Below are positions 39,617 to 52,350 of a stretch of DNA of 64,000 nucleotides, one piece after another; the stretch's first letter is position 1, and each line of letters opens with the position of its first letter. Origin of the DNA: Octopus vulgaris (lineage: Eukaryota); NCBI GenBank assembly GCA_951406725.2, contig OX597827.1:44702001-44766000 (forward strand), written 5' to 3'. Position numbers and translations under genes: made by a program. Below the pieces are notes generated by a model, which was given only the letters and a program-made list of their open reading frames with translations, did no database searches and was not told the DNA's origin.

Positions 39617-39790
39617 TACAGGGTGCAGTGAATAAACAGTCGTCTAAATTAATCAAAAATGAAAGTAACACAGACATCGCATTTTAATAGATATATTTAT
39701 CAAAATTACATAGAAATATCTTCAAATACTAAAATGTAAATTCATTCAATAAAATCGCCATTGGCTCCAGCCGTGGCTTCCAGGATGATT
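39617..39790. mobile_element. Possible Tc1/mariner terminal fragment
   Basis: TA|CAGGGTG start after (TA)n. No partner TIR was found. Confidence 0.35.
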
Positions 39791-39853
39791 TCAGAGTCTA
39801 AATTATTGACCCACTGCAAAAATATTTTAACTTGAAACAGTGTGAAAATACTA

Positions 39854-40457
39854 TTAACCCATTAACATTCAAATTAGTCTGCCAAATGTTATGCTTATTT
39901 ATTACTTCCGCCTTTGGCAAGGCGGAGGTATGGTTTTTAGTCCTGTTTGTTTGTTTGTTTGTTTGTCAATGGACAAGATATCTCAAGAACCGCTGGATAG
40001 ATTCAGATGAAACTTTCAGAGATGGTTGGCCTCACGACTGGCACAAACTGATTAGATTTTGGGATCAATCCAGTACCGCACAAAGATTCTGGATTATTTT
40101 TCTTGTATTTTTACTTAATTTTTGAGAGCGTTCCAGTTCATTTTTAGTATCCTCATTTGTGAGAGCAGTCGAGTTTATTTCAGATATTCTCATTTTAAAA
40201 ATCATCCCCAGCTAATTGTTGAGAGACGTTAGTGTTGCCTTGGTGGAGGGTTGCACTCTTTGAGTGCTCGTTCACAATGTTTTCAGTTTAATCAATCATG
40301 CATTATCTCATAGCTATGAGATTTCGATGATATGATGATGTGTCATATTTAGAATGACATTGTAGGGTAGTGTGAGAGGCCAGGTATAGTTAATTTGAAA
40401 ATAAAACAGGCAGACTATTTAGGCCAGATATGGCCAGTTGAAATGCTAAAGGATTAA
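39854..40457 (+). mobile_element. TTAA-type MITE (first family) split by a Helentron-type insertion
   Basis: TTAACCCATTAAC ... GCTAAAGGATTAA ends. The body resumes at about 40271. Confidence 0.7.
39899..40272 (+). mobile_element. Helentron-associated non-autonomous element (HINE/DINE-1-like)
   Basis: 5' palindrome ACTTCCGCCTT-TGGC-AAGGCGGAGGT (39904-39929), (GTTT)n microsatellite, 3' subterminal GGTGGAGG, 3' hairpin GCACTC-TTT-GAGTGC (40253-40267), and T-rich flanks. Confidence 0.78.
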
Positions 40458-42081
40458 TGAGGCAGGTGTTGTATAGGGAAGGGATGAGGCATGAATGTCA
40501 TATTTTAGAAAAGGGGGGCAAAAAATGGGGTTTATGACCTTCAAAACTTTCCCAAACATACATGCTATGTAAGGAAAGATAAGTGTTGTGGGAGGATCCT
40601 GAACACCCCCACTTGACTGAAAGTGGACTAAAGGATTTAAATGAATAAAAGAATATGTGAACTGTCAGGCAGTTGACAGTATTGATCCACGGTATTGGTT
40701 ACTGTGTTTTTGCAACATATGTTGGTTTAATATTGCAGCTAAATTTGAGTAGTATGAAGTATGTTCTGTGTGAACATAATAATTCTGTGATAGGTTATTC
40801 TAGATAACCACATTCCAAAATACTTATTTGGGTAATACTATTTTACACCTGACGTGTACATGCATGTCATAACAATAAGTGAAATGGTTTGTATTCAGGA
40901 ATTGAAAGTGCTGCATTGCAATCTCAGCTTACCAAGTGGAAGTATTAGGAATGATACAGTCTGACAAATAAAAAACAGAGATGTAGTATTATTATCTGTG
41001 ATGTTCAGGTGTTGGGTTACTGACCATATGGTTACGGGTTCAAACTCTCGTCACTAAACCCAGGTTTGTGTTGGCTGTGTGGTAAGAAGTTTGCTTCCCA
41101 ACCACATGGTTCCAGGTTCCGTTCCACTGCATGAAACTTTGGCCAAGTGTTTTTTACTATAGTTCCTTTCCTGGTACATCTTTCCACATTTTTCAACATT
41201 ACTAGTACCCAACTGTTGTCTATACAATAACATGTTACAACATGCACACACACACACACACATGATGGGCTTCCAGATTCCACCTACCAAATTTCTCTCA
41301 CAATGCATATTACTCAATGTGTAGCTTTGGTAGAAGACACTTTCTCCAGGGGAGCCACACAGTGGGACTGGATACAAAACCATGACTTTGCAAACCAAAC
41401 TTCTTAATCATACAACCATGCCTGTGTGTGTGTGTGTGTGTGTTCATATGTATAACCTAAAATTTTGCTTAGACATTGTTAACTATTTCTTTTCCTTGAA
41501 GCTCTGTAATGTTGGGAAGGTGGTGACATGCGCAGACCTGATGGGATGGAAGCACATAGTCATCAAACTGAACCACACACAGGCAGTTTTGAATAATCGG
41601 GTGATGTTTTTATTTTCCTTGGGCATGATCAGACAGCTGTCATATATATTTCCCCACTATAGAAAGCTCTGTAGTTGCATTCCACCACATTTCTATCTCA
41701 TACTGTTTCTCAGCAAGATATATCATGACTATTTTAAACTTTTGCCCATCACTGGTTTATTTAGATACCAACCACTCAAGATTTCAACACCTAATATATA
41801 TATATATATATAACATTATGTGATTACATGATTAGCTGTCTTTAGTTCAACAGTGGCTGGTTGAGTTGAGTAGTTACCGGACCATCTGGATGTCTCATGA
41901 AGTTACTCGTAAATATTCCATTATTCCACCACCACTCTAGTTTTTCTTTTTCTAAAGATTCATTTAATTGTAAAGACATAGTACTCACTTCCTTTTGAAT
42001 TATTGAGCACTCTCAGTGATTAAATATCTGGCTTAGATGGACTAAAATTTTATTTCTTAGATTCATGTGTGGCCGGCCTAC

Positions 42082-42112
<31 letters not shown>

Positions 42113-43024
42113 CTTTGCATAAATCCATTCTACTCTTCAGACATGTCTAAGCAGGAAAATAATGGCTTGGTAGGCAAACCCATTTACCTGTATTCTTTCT
42201 CCTCTGTTCCCACTGTCTACCAGCCCCCACCTTTGGCAAGTTTCCTTTCACAGTCATTAAGGTTACACATGTCCATTACAAACTGAAACTGTTCAAAGTA
42301 AAGCAACAAGCACAAACAAAACAACAATGTAAGGAGAAAGGAAAAAAAAAAGAACAAAAAGATTTACCTTTCCCCTTGGTTACAAGCACACACACACCAC
42401 TACCACCACCACACCACCACCAACATCTTAATGAAACTTGAACCTCTTCTTTCTTGAAAGACAAATAGAAAAAAAATAATAATTAAGAGACATGTTTCCC
42501 TTTCTGTTTTTCTTTATTCCTCGCCCTCCTTACTTTCTTTCACTTAAAAACCAATATCCTTCTTGAAACACACACACACACACTTATATACACTCAGGTA
42601 AACCCATAGAAGCATGTACATACACATCCCTACAAATGCACACATAAATACATACACTTATGCACATTAACAAATTTCAAACACCTGTAGATACATGTGC
42701 ACACACAACCTTTCTAACCAAAAGCCTATCCTTGTTATTATCATCATCATCATTATTGATTTTTCTTTATACAAACCTCTACTAGTTGTTTTATTTATTC
42801 ATTGGTTTCAGCCACTGTGGCCATGCCTGGGCTACACCCTTCCAGGTATTTAAGTATATCATGTCAATCACTGTACTTATTAATCTCTAGTTATCAAATA
42901 GCTTGATTACTTTTTTGTACAAAGGAAGGCAACTCAACAGGCCATTTAACACCAGTACACTTATATGTATGCAAACACACCCACACAAATATACAAATCT
43001 ATGGGACAGAATCCAGAATGGGAT

Positions 43025-43195
43025 TCTGTCGCTACGTTCTGAGTTCAAATTCCGCCGAGGTCGACTTTACCTTTCATCCTTTCGGAGTCGATTAAATAAG
43101 TACCAGTTACGCATTCAGGTCGATATAATTGACTTAATCCATTTGTCCTTGTTTGTCCCCTCTGTGTTTAGCCCCTTGTGGGGAGTAAAGAAATA
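43025..43195 (+). mobile_element. SINE family B, 5'-truncated, with TSD
   Basis: AGAATCCAGAAT on both sides (43008-43019 and 43196-43207). Confidence 0.85.
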
Positions 43196-44034
43196 AGAAT
43201 CCAGAATTGGACTGATCCAGTGTGGATCTCAGTCAAGATCAATTCAAAGGAATTATAATGATAAAAGTTAAATGCAGCTATCAAGTGTGTGTGTGTGTGT
43301 GTGTGTGTATGCTTGATAGCTGCATTCTACACTCCTATTTTTCCATCTAAAACCTCCAGTGAACATCCTTCTAATTGATTTTTTTTGCTTTTTCCTTTTT
43401 TACTTTGAAATTTTTTATTTGCCTATATATATATATATATATCAAACAATGACAATGAGTGCTCAATACTGCACTGGTGGGTAAAAATTCTTTATTTGTG
43501 GATTAAGGCTACCATTGGTTTCATGTTAAGGAAGCCCTTAACAGTTATCAAACCTATCACAGGGAATATCAGTGTTCGTCTCCGTTTTGGATTAAATTTA
43601 AACCAAAATGGCAACAAACACAAATGTTCTCTGTGATAGGTTTGAAAATTGTTCAGAACATTTTTTTAACACAAAACAAATGGTAGCCTTGATCCACAAA
43701 TAAAGTGTGTGTGTGTGTGTATATATGAGAGAGGTTTGACAAGGGTTCAATGTATCCAAGGACTGCACCCATGCTCTAATGCCTGATTTGTCATGGTTTT
43801 TACAGTTGAATGCCCTTCCCAATGCCATCCACTTTACAGAGCGTACTGGGTGCTTTTTATGTGCCTCTGGCACTATTGAGGTTGCCATATATACATTGAG
43901 CTTCTTTCAGTTTCCCCTCTGTCAAATCCATTTTCAATGATTTCGTCAGCCTAGGGTTACAGTGGAAGGCACTTGCCTAGGGTGCCATTCAGTGGGATTG
44001 AACCCCAAAGTACATGGTTGGGAAACTAACTTCA

Positions 44035-44071
<37 letters not shown>

Positions 44072-45847
44072 TGTCTTAAATATGTTAGTTCAATATTGAT
44101 TGTGCAGACTTATATCTAACACATTTAAGACCATAGGTTGAATTTCAAGGGGGATTTAGCTGCTATTTCCAGTGAATCAATCCATGATGTGGAACTTCCT
44201 TAAAAAAGCCTGTATATGTTTTTGTTTTTATGAAGTGAACTAATATGACATTTTGTCGTTTACTAGAAGTTGTCTAATTAGCAAGCAGGCAATTACATTA
44301 ATTAATTTCAGGGATGGTGAAAATGGTCGTTAATTCCTTTCTCTTGGGTTTTTAACATATTAAGTGAAAGAAGAGTGATGTTTTAACAAAGTGAACCCTG
44401 GTCACCTGTTACTTAATATAATTATTCCACAATGCTCACCTCACACACACACACACACATGCATACATACATAGATGCTGCAAACTTTTCTAGGAAACAT
44501 TCTCAAAAAGACAATCCCATCTTTTATTCAGACATAGTCACAGTCCATCTAGGATTACATTATGCATTATGTAATATGTCGTTGCAGTTTTTTTTGTTGT
44601 TTTTTTTTATGAGATTTGGGTGTGATTTGATGTAATTCTTTTCCAGGTCAGCTTTTATCAAGTAGACCGATGATCAAAGTATTCCAGTCATGACCATCCT
44701 TTCTTATTTTTAGATAACATACTCCCAGAACTGCATTATTCAATGTGTCTTTCCTGTTTTTTTTTTTTGTTTGTTTTTTGAGGCGGTAAAATATTGTTTG
44801 AGAGGAATTGGGCTGCTATTTCTAACAGGTTAAATATCTACATAATAGCTTACTCTTCTTTACCTTGAAATTTTATCATTGACCCAACCATTCTTGAAAG
44901 TAGGTGGTGTGTATCTGGCATGTTAGAGGGTATAATTTCATTTGCATGTTGTAGGGTCAGTCTTATTCCTTCAATTTTTGGGATGCAAAATTCTGTCAGT
45001 GTGTGTAAACCTCACTATTAGCAACTCTTTTTTTAATGCCATCAAAGAGCACAGCTGCCTTCTGCTTCATGGCAGTTTTTCATTCACTAATACAAAACTT
45101 TAGTGCCATTTTATCTGTCAGACTTCTTCCATTTCTCATTGAAATCTATCCATCACAATATGTTGATTGATGATGACAAGCAGGATTGAAGAATGAAACT
45201 CTTTTGCCATCAGTCTCTGCCATGTTCTCTATTAATCTTAGTCTCATGTTTCCTGTGCTACACCTAAAATATTTCATTCACTTTTTTATGTTCAGATCCT
45301 CTTTGCCCTCTTTATTCCCTAAAAGTTATTCTCTTTACCTCCACTCACACTCTTTCATCAATTTCATTAACTCTCATCCCTTTATTTTTTAGCATCCTTT
45401 CTCATTCTGGCATGCACAAATCTCTCTCTCTCTCTTACCCCCTCTCTCATTTTATCATATTACCTCTCCACTTACCCTTGTCTGTCGAAGAGTTACTTTC
45501 TCTTTCATCTCTCTTACCCATGCTAGCTTTCTCGAAAATTATAAACAATTTATTAAAAATAACTTTTCCAATATTAAGAACGTAAATATTTAGATATTTG
45601 GAACATAAGTTAGTATGATGTTTAGAGGGAAGATTTTAATTTAAATTATTTCAAACCTGGAAGTTTATATTATCAGACCAAAAATTATCTTGGTTGAGTT
45701 GGCATCAAAAGGGTTAATCTCTTGCCTAGTTTAATTCTACCACTTGGTTCTTGTATACCTTTAGCACAGCATTTATATACCTGTATTTGTCTGTGTTGTT
45801 CATATAGAAGTCTTCTTACTTCCAGACAATTAAGCCTGTCCTTTGCT

Positions 45848-46066
45848 TTAACCCTTTAGTGTTCGCATTATTCTGCCAAAATTAATCCTTTTTCATCCAC
45901 ATTGTTTTGAACTAATCATGCATTATCTTGTAGCTATGTGATTCTGATGAGGTAGCTGTTAATTTTTAAAACGATATTGTAGGGTTGATGTGAGAGACCA
46001 GTTTGAACATAAAACAGGCAGAATACTTTTGGCCGAATATGGCCGGTTTAAATGCTAAAGGGTTAA
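45848..46066 (+). mobile_element. TTAA/piggyBac-type MITE, intact ends
   Basis: TTAA|CCCTTTAG ... CTAAAGGG|TTAA, with the element at 45852-46062. Confidence 0.85.
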
Positions 46067-46396
46067 TGGCTTGTCAGCTTTGGAGAATTCTTGATTGTTG
46101 AGATTATCTCATATGTGGTTGGTCTTAATTGCCATTTCCTAATTTTCTCACATCATCTTGAGATGGCTCCGTTATCTTTTACTTGTTTCAGTCATTAGAG
46201 TATGACCATGCTGGAGTAATGCTTTGGATAAATTTTTTTATCCGAATGAATTACCCTCCTCCCCAGTATTTATTTTTAGACCCGGTACTTATTCTATCAG
46301 TCTCTTTTGCCAAACTGTTAAATTACAGGAGTATTAACACACCAGCACCAGTTTTCAAGCACTAGTAGGGGACAAACACAGACACACACATATATA

Positions 46397-47197
46397 TTAG
46401 GTCATCCCATAAATAATGCAGTTTTTTCAGTTGCATGAACTAAAAGTTGGAGAGGGATGGGATAAACTACCTGCATCAACTTGCTATAAAAGCAGGTAGT
46501 AATTTTACCTTGTGCTTATTCTTAGTGCAAGTTTTGAAGAGTGCAGTTTGATTTTAAGAGTTATTTTTTCAAAGCAATAATGGAAGTGGCAAAGGAGCAT
46601 ATTCAGCATATTTTGCTTTTTGAATTCAATAAAGGTAACAGCACAATGGAAAGTGCAAGGAATATTAATGCACTATCTGTGATCAGAAATTAAGCATAAG
46701 TGGTTCCAGAAATTCCGAACTGGAAACTACAGCCGTGAAGACAAGCCTCATCCTGGAAGATCTGTAGAGCTTGAGGAAGATGTCCTACAAATCCTGATGG
46801 AACAAAATCCCATTGTAACTGTTGAGGAACTAGCAGAGAAGCTTGGATTTGGTCATTCAACCATTCATCAATACCTGCGTGCTAATTGGGAAAGTCAGAA
46901 AATTGGGTCACTGGGTTACTCACAAACTTTCTGAGTCTAATCATGTGCAGAGAGTGAATGTGTGCTCTTCTATGTTGAAACGTCTCATGAATGAACCGTT
47001 TTTGGACTAAATAGTGACTGGTGATGAGAAATGTGTTCTCTATAAAAATGTCAAGCACCAAAGACAGTGGGTAAGGAAAGGAGAACCACTGACTCCTGAG
47101 GCTAAAGAAGGTCTTCACCCACATAAGTTGTTGTTATCTTTAGTTCACTTGGAGTTTTGAAACCCAGACCAAATGATAACAAAGATCTACTGCGAGC
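46397..47197 (+). mobile_element. Mariner transposon, 3'-truncated, inserted in the (TA)n of a reverse family A SINE (about 46175-46390)
   Basis: TA|TTAGGTCATCCCATAAATAATG start, followed by a decayed transposase. Confidence 0.85.
46580..47197 (+). pseudogene. Mariner (Mos1-like) transposase pseudogene
   Basis: Frames read MEVAKEHIQHILLFEFNKGNSTMESARNINA, KWFQKFRTGNYSREDKPHPGRS..NPIVTVEELAEKLG, and KLGHWVTHKLS..FLD*IVTGDEKCVLYKN. These correspond to the HTH region, a WVPHEL-like motif and TGDEKW. Frameshifts and stops are present. Confidence 0.92.
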
Positions 47198-47512
47198 ACT
47201 GCCCTCCCTGTTCAACTGGTACTTATTTTATCCACCCCAAAAGGACAGAATCAATCTTGGCTGAATTTGAACGCGGGCCATAAACTCAGAAGAAATGCCA
47301 ATAAGCATTTTGTCTGGCATGCTAATGATTCTGCCAGCTCTTCATGTTAGCTAATAGTAATAATAATGAGTTCGAATTTCACTGGGGTTGACTTTGCCTT
47401 TCATCCTTTCAGGGTCAATGAAATAAGTACCAGTTGAACACTGGGGTTAATGTAATCGACTAGTCCCCTCCCCCAAAATTCCAGGCCTTGTGTCTTCAGT
47501 AAAAAGGATTAT
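47198..47512. mobile_element. Two family B-related SINE fragments in opposite orientation
   Basis: Minus piece at about 47198-47345 and plus piece at about 47368-47512. Confidence 0.7.
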
Positions 47513-50500
47513 TACTAAATTTCTCCCTTTGCACACACATGTGAAAGAGTTGATCTTGTTTGTAAGCTTGATTAAAGCTTTCAAACGGTCCCTTTTCCCC
47601 TTTCTTATATATGTTTTATGACTGTAGGTTATGAGGGGTTATGTGTCATGTGTAAAAGCAGAAGTTGATTTATTTACAGTTTCATATTAAAACATGTTAC
47701 ACACAAAATGATAGCTTTCAAATCCTGTTTTCTGTCTGGTTGAAAATTATCAACTTCAAACCTCTAACTTTTTGAAAAATTTTGTTTTGGGAAAAACTAA
47801 AATATCTCTTGAGATTCAGCTTAGAAAACTACATTAATGTACCAAATTTTAAAATCTTCACTAAACTTTGAATTTTCAAAAATTGACAACCAAACTGAAA
47901 AGATCTGTTTTCTACTCTTTTTGTTGCTAGAGGAAGGTTAGGACAACTGACATACTAATGATGTCTATTGAGGCAGAAGCACATATCCTTAGCTGTCCAC
48001 TTATCTCCAGAGACTAAAACCATCCTTTTCCTTAATAGCATGAACATTTTCGAAAAATTCTTGATTCTTGAGGTTATCTCCCTTTCTCATAAGGAGCCCT
48101 CTTCCCAAATGTCATCTAGTAATTGTTACACATCCTCTAAAGGTGGAGATAATCTTAACACATCAAGAATTTGTGCTTTAAATACCTGTCTGTATTTGCC
48201 TATGTATTTGTTCTATGTTGCAATCTTTCAGAGCAGGTCTCCAGTTTTGAGTTGTTGTCTTTTCAATTCCAAGTTCATAACTGAGTAGAGAAAAAATATA
48301 TATATATACAAAAACAAACAAAAAAGGTCACAAGACTATACTCTTCCTGTCTGTGACTAAGATGGTTAAAGAATAAACATAAACAAAAAAAAAAAAAAAT
48401 AAGACAACATAAAGAGAACAACTTGTTTTCTGCAATTCAATTCATAAACATTTGTAGTGGTGATTTTGAAAGGAGGGCAGCAGAGGCGGTGTGGAGGTGG
48501 GGGGGGGGGGAGAAGTGAGAAAGGGGGAGGTGTGCAATGGCAGGCGGGTGGGTGGCGGGTGGGTAGAGTATTCAGTAAAAGGAAAATCTCCAATTAGTAT
48601 TTTCCTGCCTTTGTGTGTCATCATCATCATCATCATCATGGTTATCAACTACTCATGAAAATGTAATTATATAAATCAATGTCAACCAAGGGAGAGGCTA
48701 TCTATCTTTACTTAGTTGAAGCTGTTCAGTGTGAATAGAGTCAGTTGTCTTTCTCTTTGCTGACTGCTAAATACTAAAATTATTCCTCCAGCCCAATCCT
48801 TTTCTTCTACTAATCTTTCCCTTTCATTCTCTCCTCCTCCTCCTCCTCTTCCCCCCCTTCCCCACCACAACATCACCACCATCACTACCAACCCCTTGTC
48901 TTTATTCCATCCTTTCTTTCCATCTCTCTTGCTTCCCCCACCTTCTCTCTTCTTGCCTGTGTATCAGAGGCAGAGATGGTTGGAGGGGGAATGGAGAAAG
49001 AGAGAGAGACAGAGAGGGACCCACTCTTTTGCCCCCACCCTTTCCATTAGCATTCCATCCTTCTTCCTTTCTTTCTCTCTTACCTCCTTTTTCCCCAGCT
49101 ATGCATGCCCCTTTGTCTAGTCAGCCAGTAAACCAACCAGCTGCCCTCCAGCCAGCCAGCCAGCCATCCAAGTTAGTCAGTAAATATTAGTTGTGCTTGT
49201 TCACTATCATTGATAACATTGTCTACATTGGTTGGCTGGCTGGCTGGTATGGTTGGTTGGTGATTTAGCACTTTCTGTGAACTCTGACTACATTAAATTT
49301 GTGTGTGCGTGCGTGCGCGCACAGGTCTTCTGTGTGTGTATGTGGTTTGTGTTTGTATGCAATCTGTGTGTGTGTGTGTTCTCTTTCCTTTTATTGTATA
49401 ATAACATATTTGCAAATAACTCTCTCTGTCTCTCTTAGAAAATCTCTATCACAAAACTTAACCCCCTAACACCTTAGCTGATCAAAAAAACCTTACTCAC
49501 CATCATAATCTATCTCCTCAGCATCTTTGACATCATTTATCAATGGTTCTCCCCACTCCGCCCCCACGGTCATCCTAAACATCATCATCATCATCATCAT
49601 TACCATCTTCATCATAATTTTCATCATCATCATGCTAATCAATTAATTTTTCACTTTTCTCAATATAATTTATCATAGATGTTTTTCTCATCATCATCAT
49701 CTCACTAATCATTCATTTTCATTGTTCTTGATATCAGAGATGGGTTTGTTTGTTTGTTTTTTTTTGTCAAAATCGACATCATCATTATTGTAATTTTCAT
49801 AATCTTCTTTATCATCCTAGCTTTCATCGTCATTAACATCAGCATCATCACAAGCCATTCACCAGCATCATCACCATCTCCTTCATTATCATTACCATCA
49901 TCATTATCATCATGACCACCATCCTCAACAGATCACCACATCATTCTTACAATGTTGTGATAAACCCTTTAACAAAGCTGTTCAGCTTTCTGAAGGTGTC
50001 CAAATCTAGACTTTATTGGGTGTTAAGTTTAACATGCCACCTTATTCCACAGCCATATTATTATTATTATCATTATTATTGTATAGCTCTGATCTTTAGA
50101 TGCTTTTAGCAGAGTTCAAACTCCTTGGCAACTATTCCAATCTTTTACACTTACTTATTTCACAAAATCTCACTTAGATATTTCATATTGATTTTTTTTT
50201 ATTTTCTGTATTTTCATTTATTTATTCTATCTCATTCTGGAACAAAAGGGGAATGGAATGTAGGCAAAAATTCCTCTTCCTCTTCCTCCTTCATATCTTT
50301 TGAGTTTTTTTTTGTTTTTTTCTTTTTTGTCTTTTTTGTCCTACTTCATCCTCCTCCTCCTCCTCCTCTCTTTAAGCAAACCTTGAGTTCAAAATATTTA
50401 TTGCAATTTAATTAATTATCATTTAACTCTTTAGCATACAGATAACTCTCTGAAATCTCAAATGCTTTTTTATTCACACAGTTTTGAATTAATCATGTAT

Positions 50501-50638
50501 TATCTCTTAGCTTTAAGATTTCATTGATGTGACTGCTTATTTCTCGAATGACATTGTAGGGTAGATGTGAGAGGCCAGATCTGGCTGGTAGGAACATAAA
50601 ACGGGTAAAATATTTGGGCCAGTATTGTCAGTTTAAAT

Positions 50639-51146
50639 CAGTGGTTCCCAAAGTGGGCAGTATTGGTCCCCCCCCCCGGGTGTGGTGGAAAGTTCTAAAG
50701 AGGTGTTGAAGAAAAGTGGGGCAATAATGAGGCAGCGATTCATGTAAAAACAAGTTAAGTTTTATTTGTGAAATACAGTTGCTTTGAATTTGCTTCAGGA
50801 AGGGGTCTATGTTTGTGATGGTTAGCTGGAGTGGGGACACTAAGAATGTGGCCTAGGTGTCAAGGGGGCGACAGGCTAAAAAGTTTGGTAACCCATTTCT
50901 TTACTACCCACAAGGGACTAAACACAGAGTAGATAAACAAGGACAGACAAACGGATTAAGTCGATTACATCGACCCCAGTGCGTAACTGGTACTTATTTA
51001 ATCGACCCCGAAAGGATGAAAGGCAAAGTCGACCTCGGCAGAATTTGAACTCACAACGTAACAGCAGACGAAATACCGCTAAGCATTTCGCCCGGCGTCC
51101 TAACGTTTCTGCTGGCTCGCCGCCTTTAAAAGTTTGGTAACCACTG
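50639..51146. mobile_element. hAT-type MITE with 8-bp TSD
   Basis: TIRs CAGTGGTTCCCAAA and TTTGGTAACCACTG. GTTTAAAT is duplicated at 50631-50638 and 51147-51154. Confidence 0.88.
50894..51127 (-). mobile_element. SINE family B with 15-bp TSD
   Basis: AAAAGTTTGGTAACC at 50879-50893 and 51128-51142. Confidence 0.9.
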
Positions 51147-52159
51147 GTTTAAATGCTAAAGGGTTCTGGTTGTGAGCTGGCAAAATCATCAGCATTTCTC
51201 AAGGCTCTGAATTCGAATACCACCAAGGTCCACTTGATCTTTCTTTCTTTCAGGATTGATAAAATAAATGCTTTTTTCTTCTTTTTTCTTTCTTTCTTTC
51301 TTTTTTTTTTCATTGATTGACAGAATCCTTAGATTGTCAGACAGATTGGACAAAATTCCTTGTAGTATTTGTTACAATCCTTTACATTCCTAATCAATTT
51401 CAGGATTGATAAATTAAAGTACCAGTCAAATATTGATGTTGATGTAATCAACTTCTCTCCTTCCTTAATAGTTGCAGAATTTATTCTGAATTTAAAATGA
51501 TTTCTTTTCTTTTTTTTTTTTCTTCATTGATTAACAGAATCCTTAGAATATCAAATAAATCAGACAAAATGCCTTGCAGTATTTGTTACTGTCCTCATTC
51601 TGAATCCATTATGATACCTATTCCGAGAGTAGTGGTTTAGCTAATTCATTTGAGCAGTATTTGTTCAGGCTCCTTATGTTTTCAGTTCAAATCCTGACCA
51701 AAGTTGATGTATGATAATTGAACACCCCCCAACCCCCGCACCCACAAAACTTGTAACCTTGTGCTTCTGTTAGAAAATAATCATCATCATCCTTACTTTG
51801 TAACTCTGCCCCAATTTGGATGTCAATGTCAACATATTTCATCTCTAAAGATGAAGTAATTAGTCTGAAAAATTATAATCATATTAAGCTTTCATATTAT
51901 TTAGGAATCCAACGGAAGGATTTTGGTCCCATTTAACCATTGATTTCTTTAGATTAGGCACAGGATCATATGTTTGTTTTTATCTGGGTTAAGGAGGAGC
52001 AGTGTATATGCATATTAATATGTATATACACCTACACATGCACACCCGCACACATCAATGTCACCTGCCCCCTTCCACATGCACATACACACGCACGTGC
52101 ACCTTCGTTTTGGGATCACCACTACTTTATTATCTCCCCTTCTTCCTAGCTCTCTTGTG

Positions 52160-52350
52160 TGACCCCTCTGTCCGGCATTCACCATGATAGATCGCTAGCC
52201 ACTATACCTGTTTAGTTCTGTATTCCTTTCTGTCGAAGAGCGTAGGCTTGAAACGTAAAAGACTTTCTCACTTCCTGAGCGCTAAATTAATACATCTGTT
52301 TGTTGTTTACACACCCATCTTCATCGTTTGTTTTTTTTGTAGATTATCAC
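52160..52350 (+). mobile_element. Penelope-like terminal repeat fragment with hammerhead-like fold
   Basis: CTTT-CTGTCGA-A-GAGC-GTAG-GCTT-GAAA-CGTA-AAAG at 52226-52261. Homologous to the reverse copy at 29040-29165. Confidence 0.6.

Larger units (their letters stand above)
50423..51163 (+). mobile_element. TTAA-type MITE hosting nested insertions
   Basis: Starts TTAACTCTTTAGC, the body matches 45852-46062, and it ends AATGCTAAAGGG at 51163. Confidence 0.8.

Noticed and set aside
44631-44652. TTCTTTTCCAG|GTCAGC as a recursive site
   Set aside because: The donor is weak and the site is part of a degenerate dispersed repeat also seen near 11800, 12670 and 31830.
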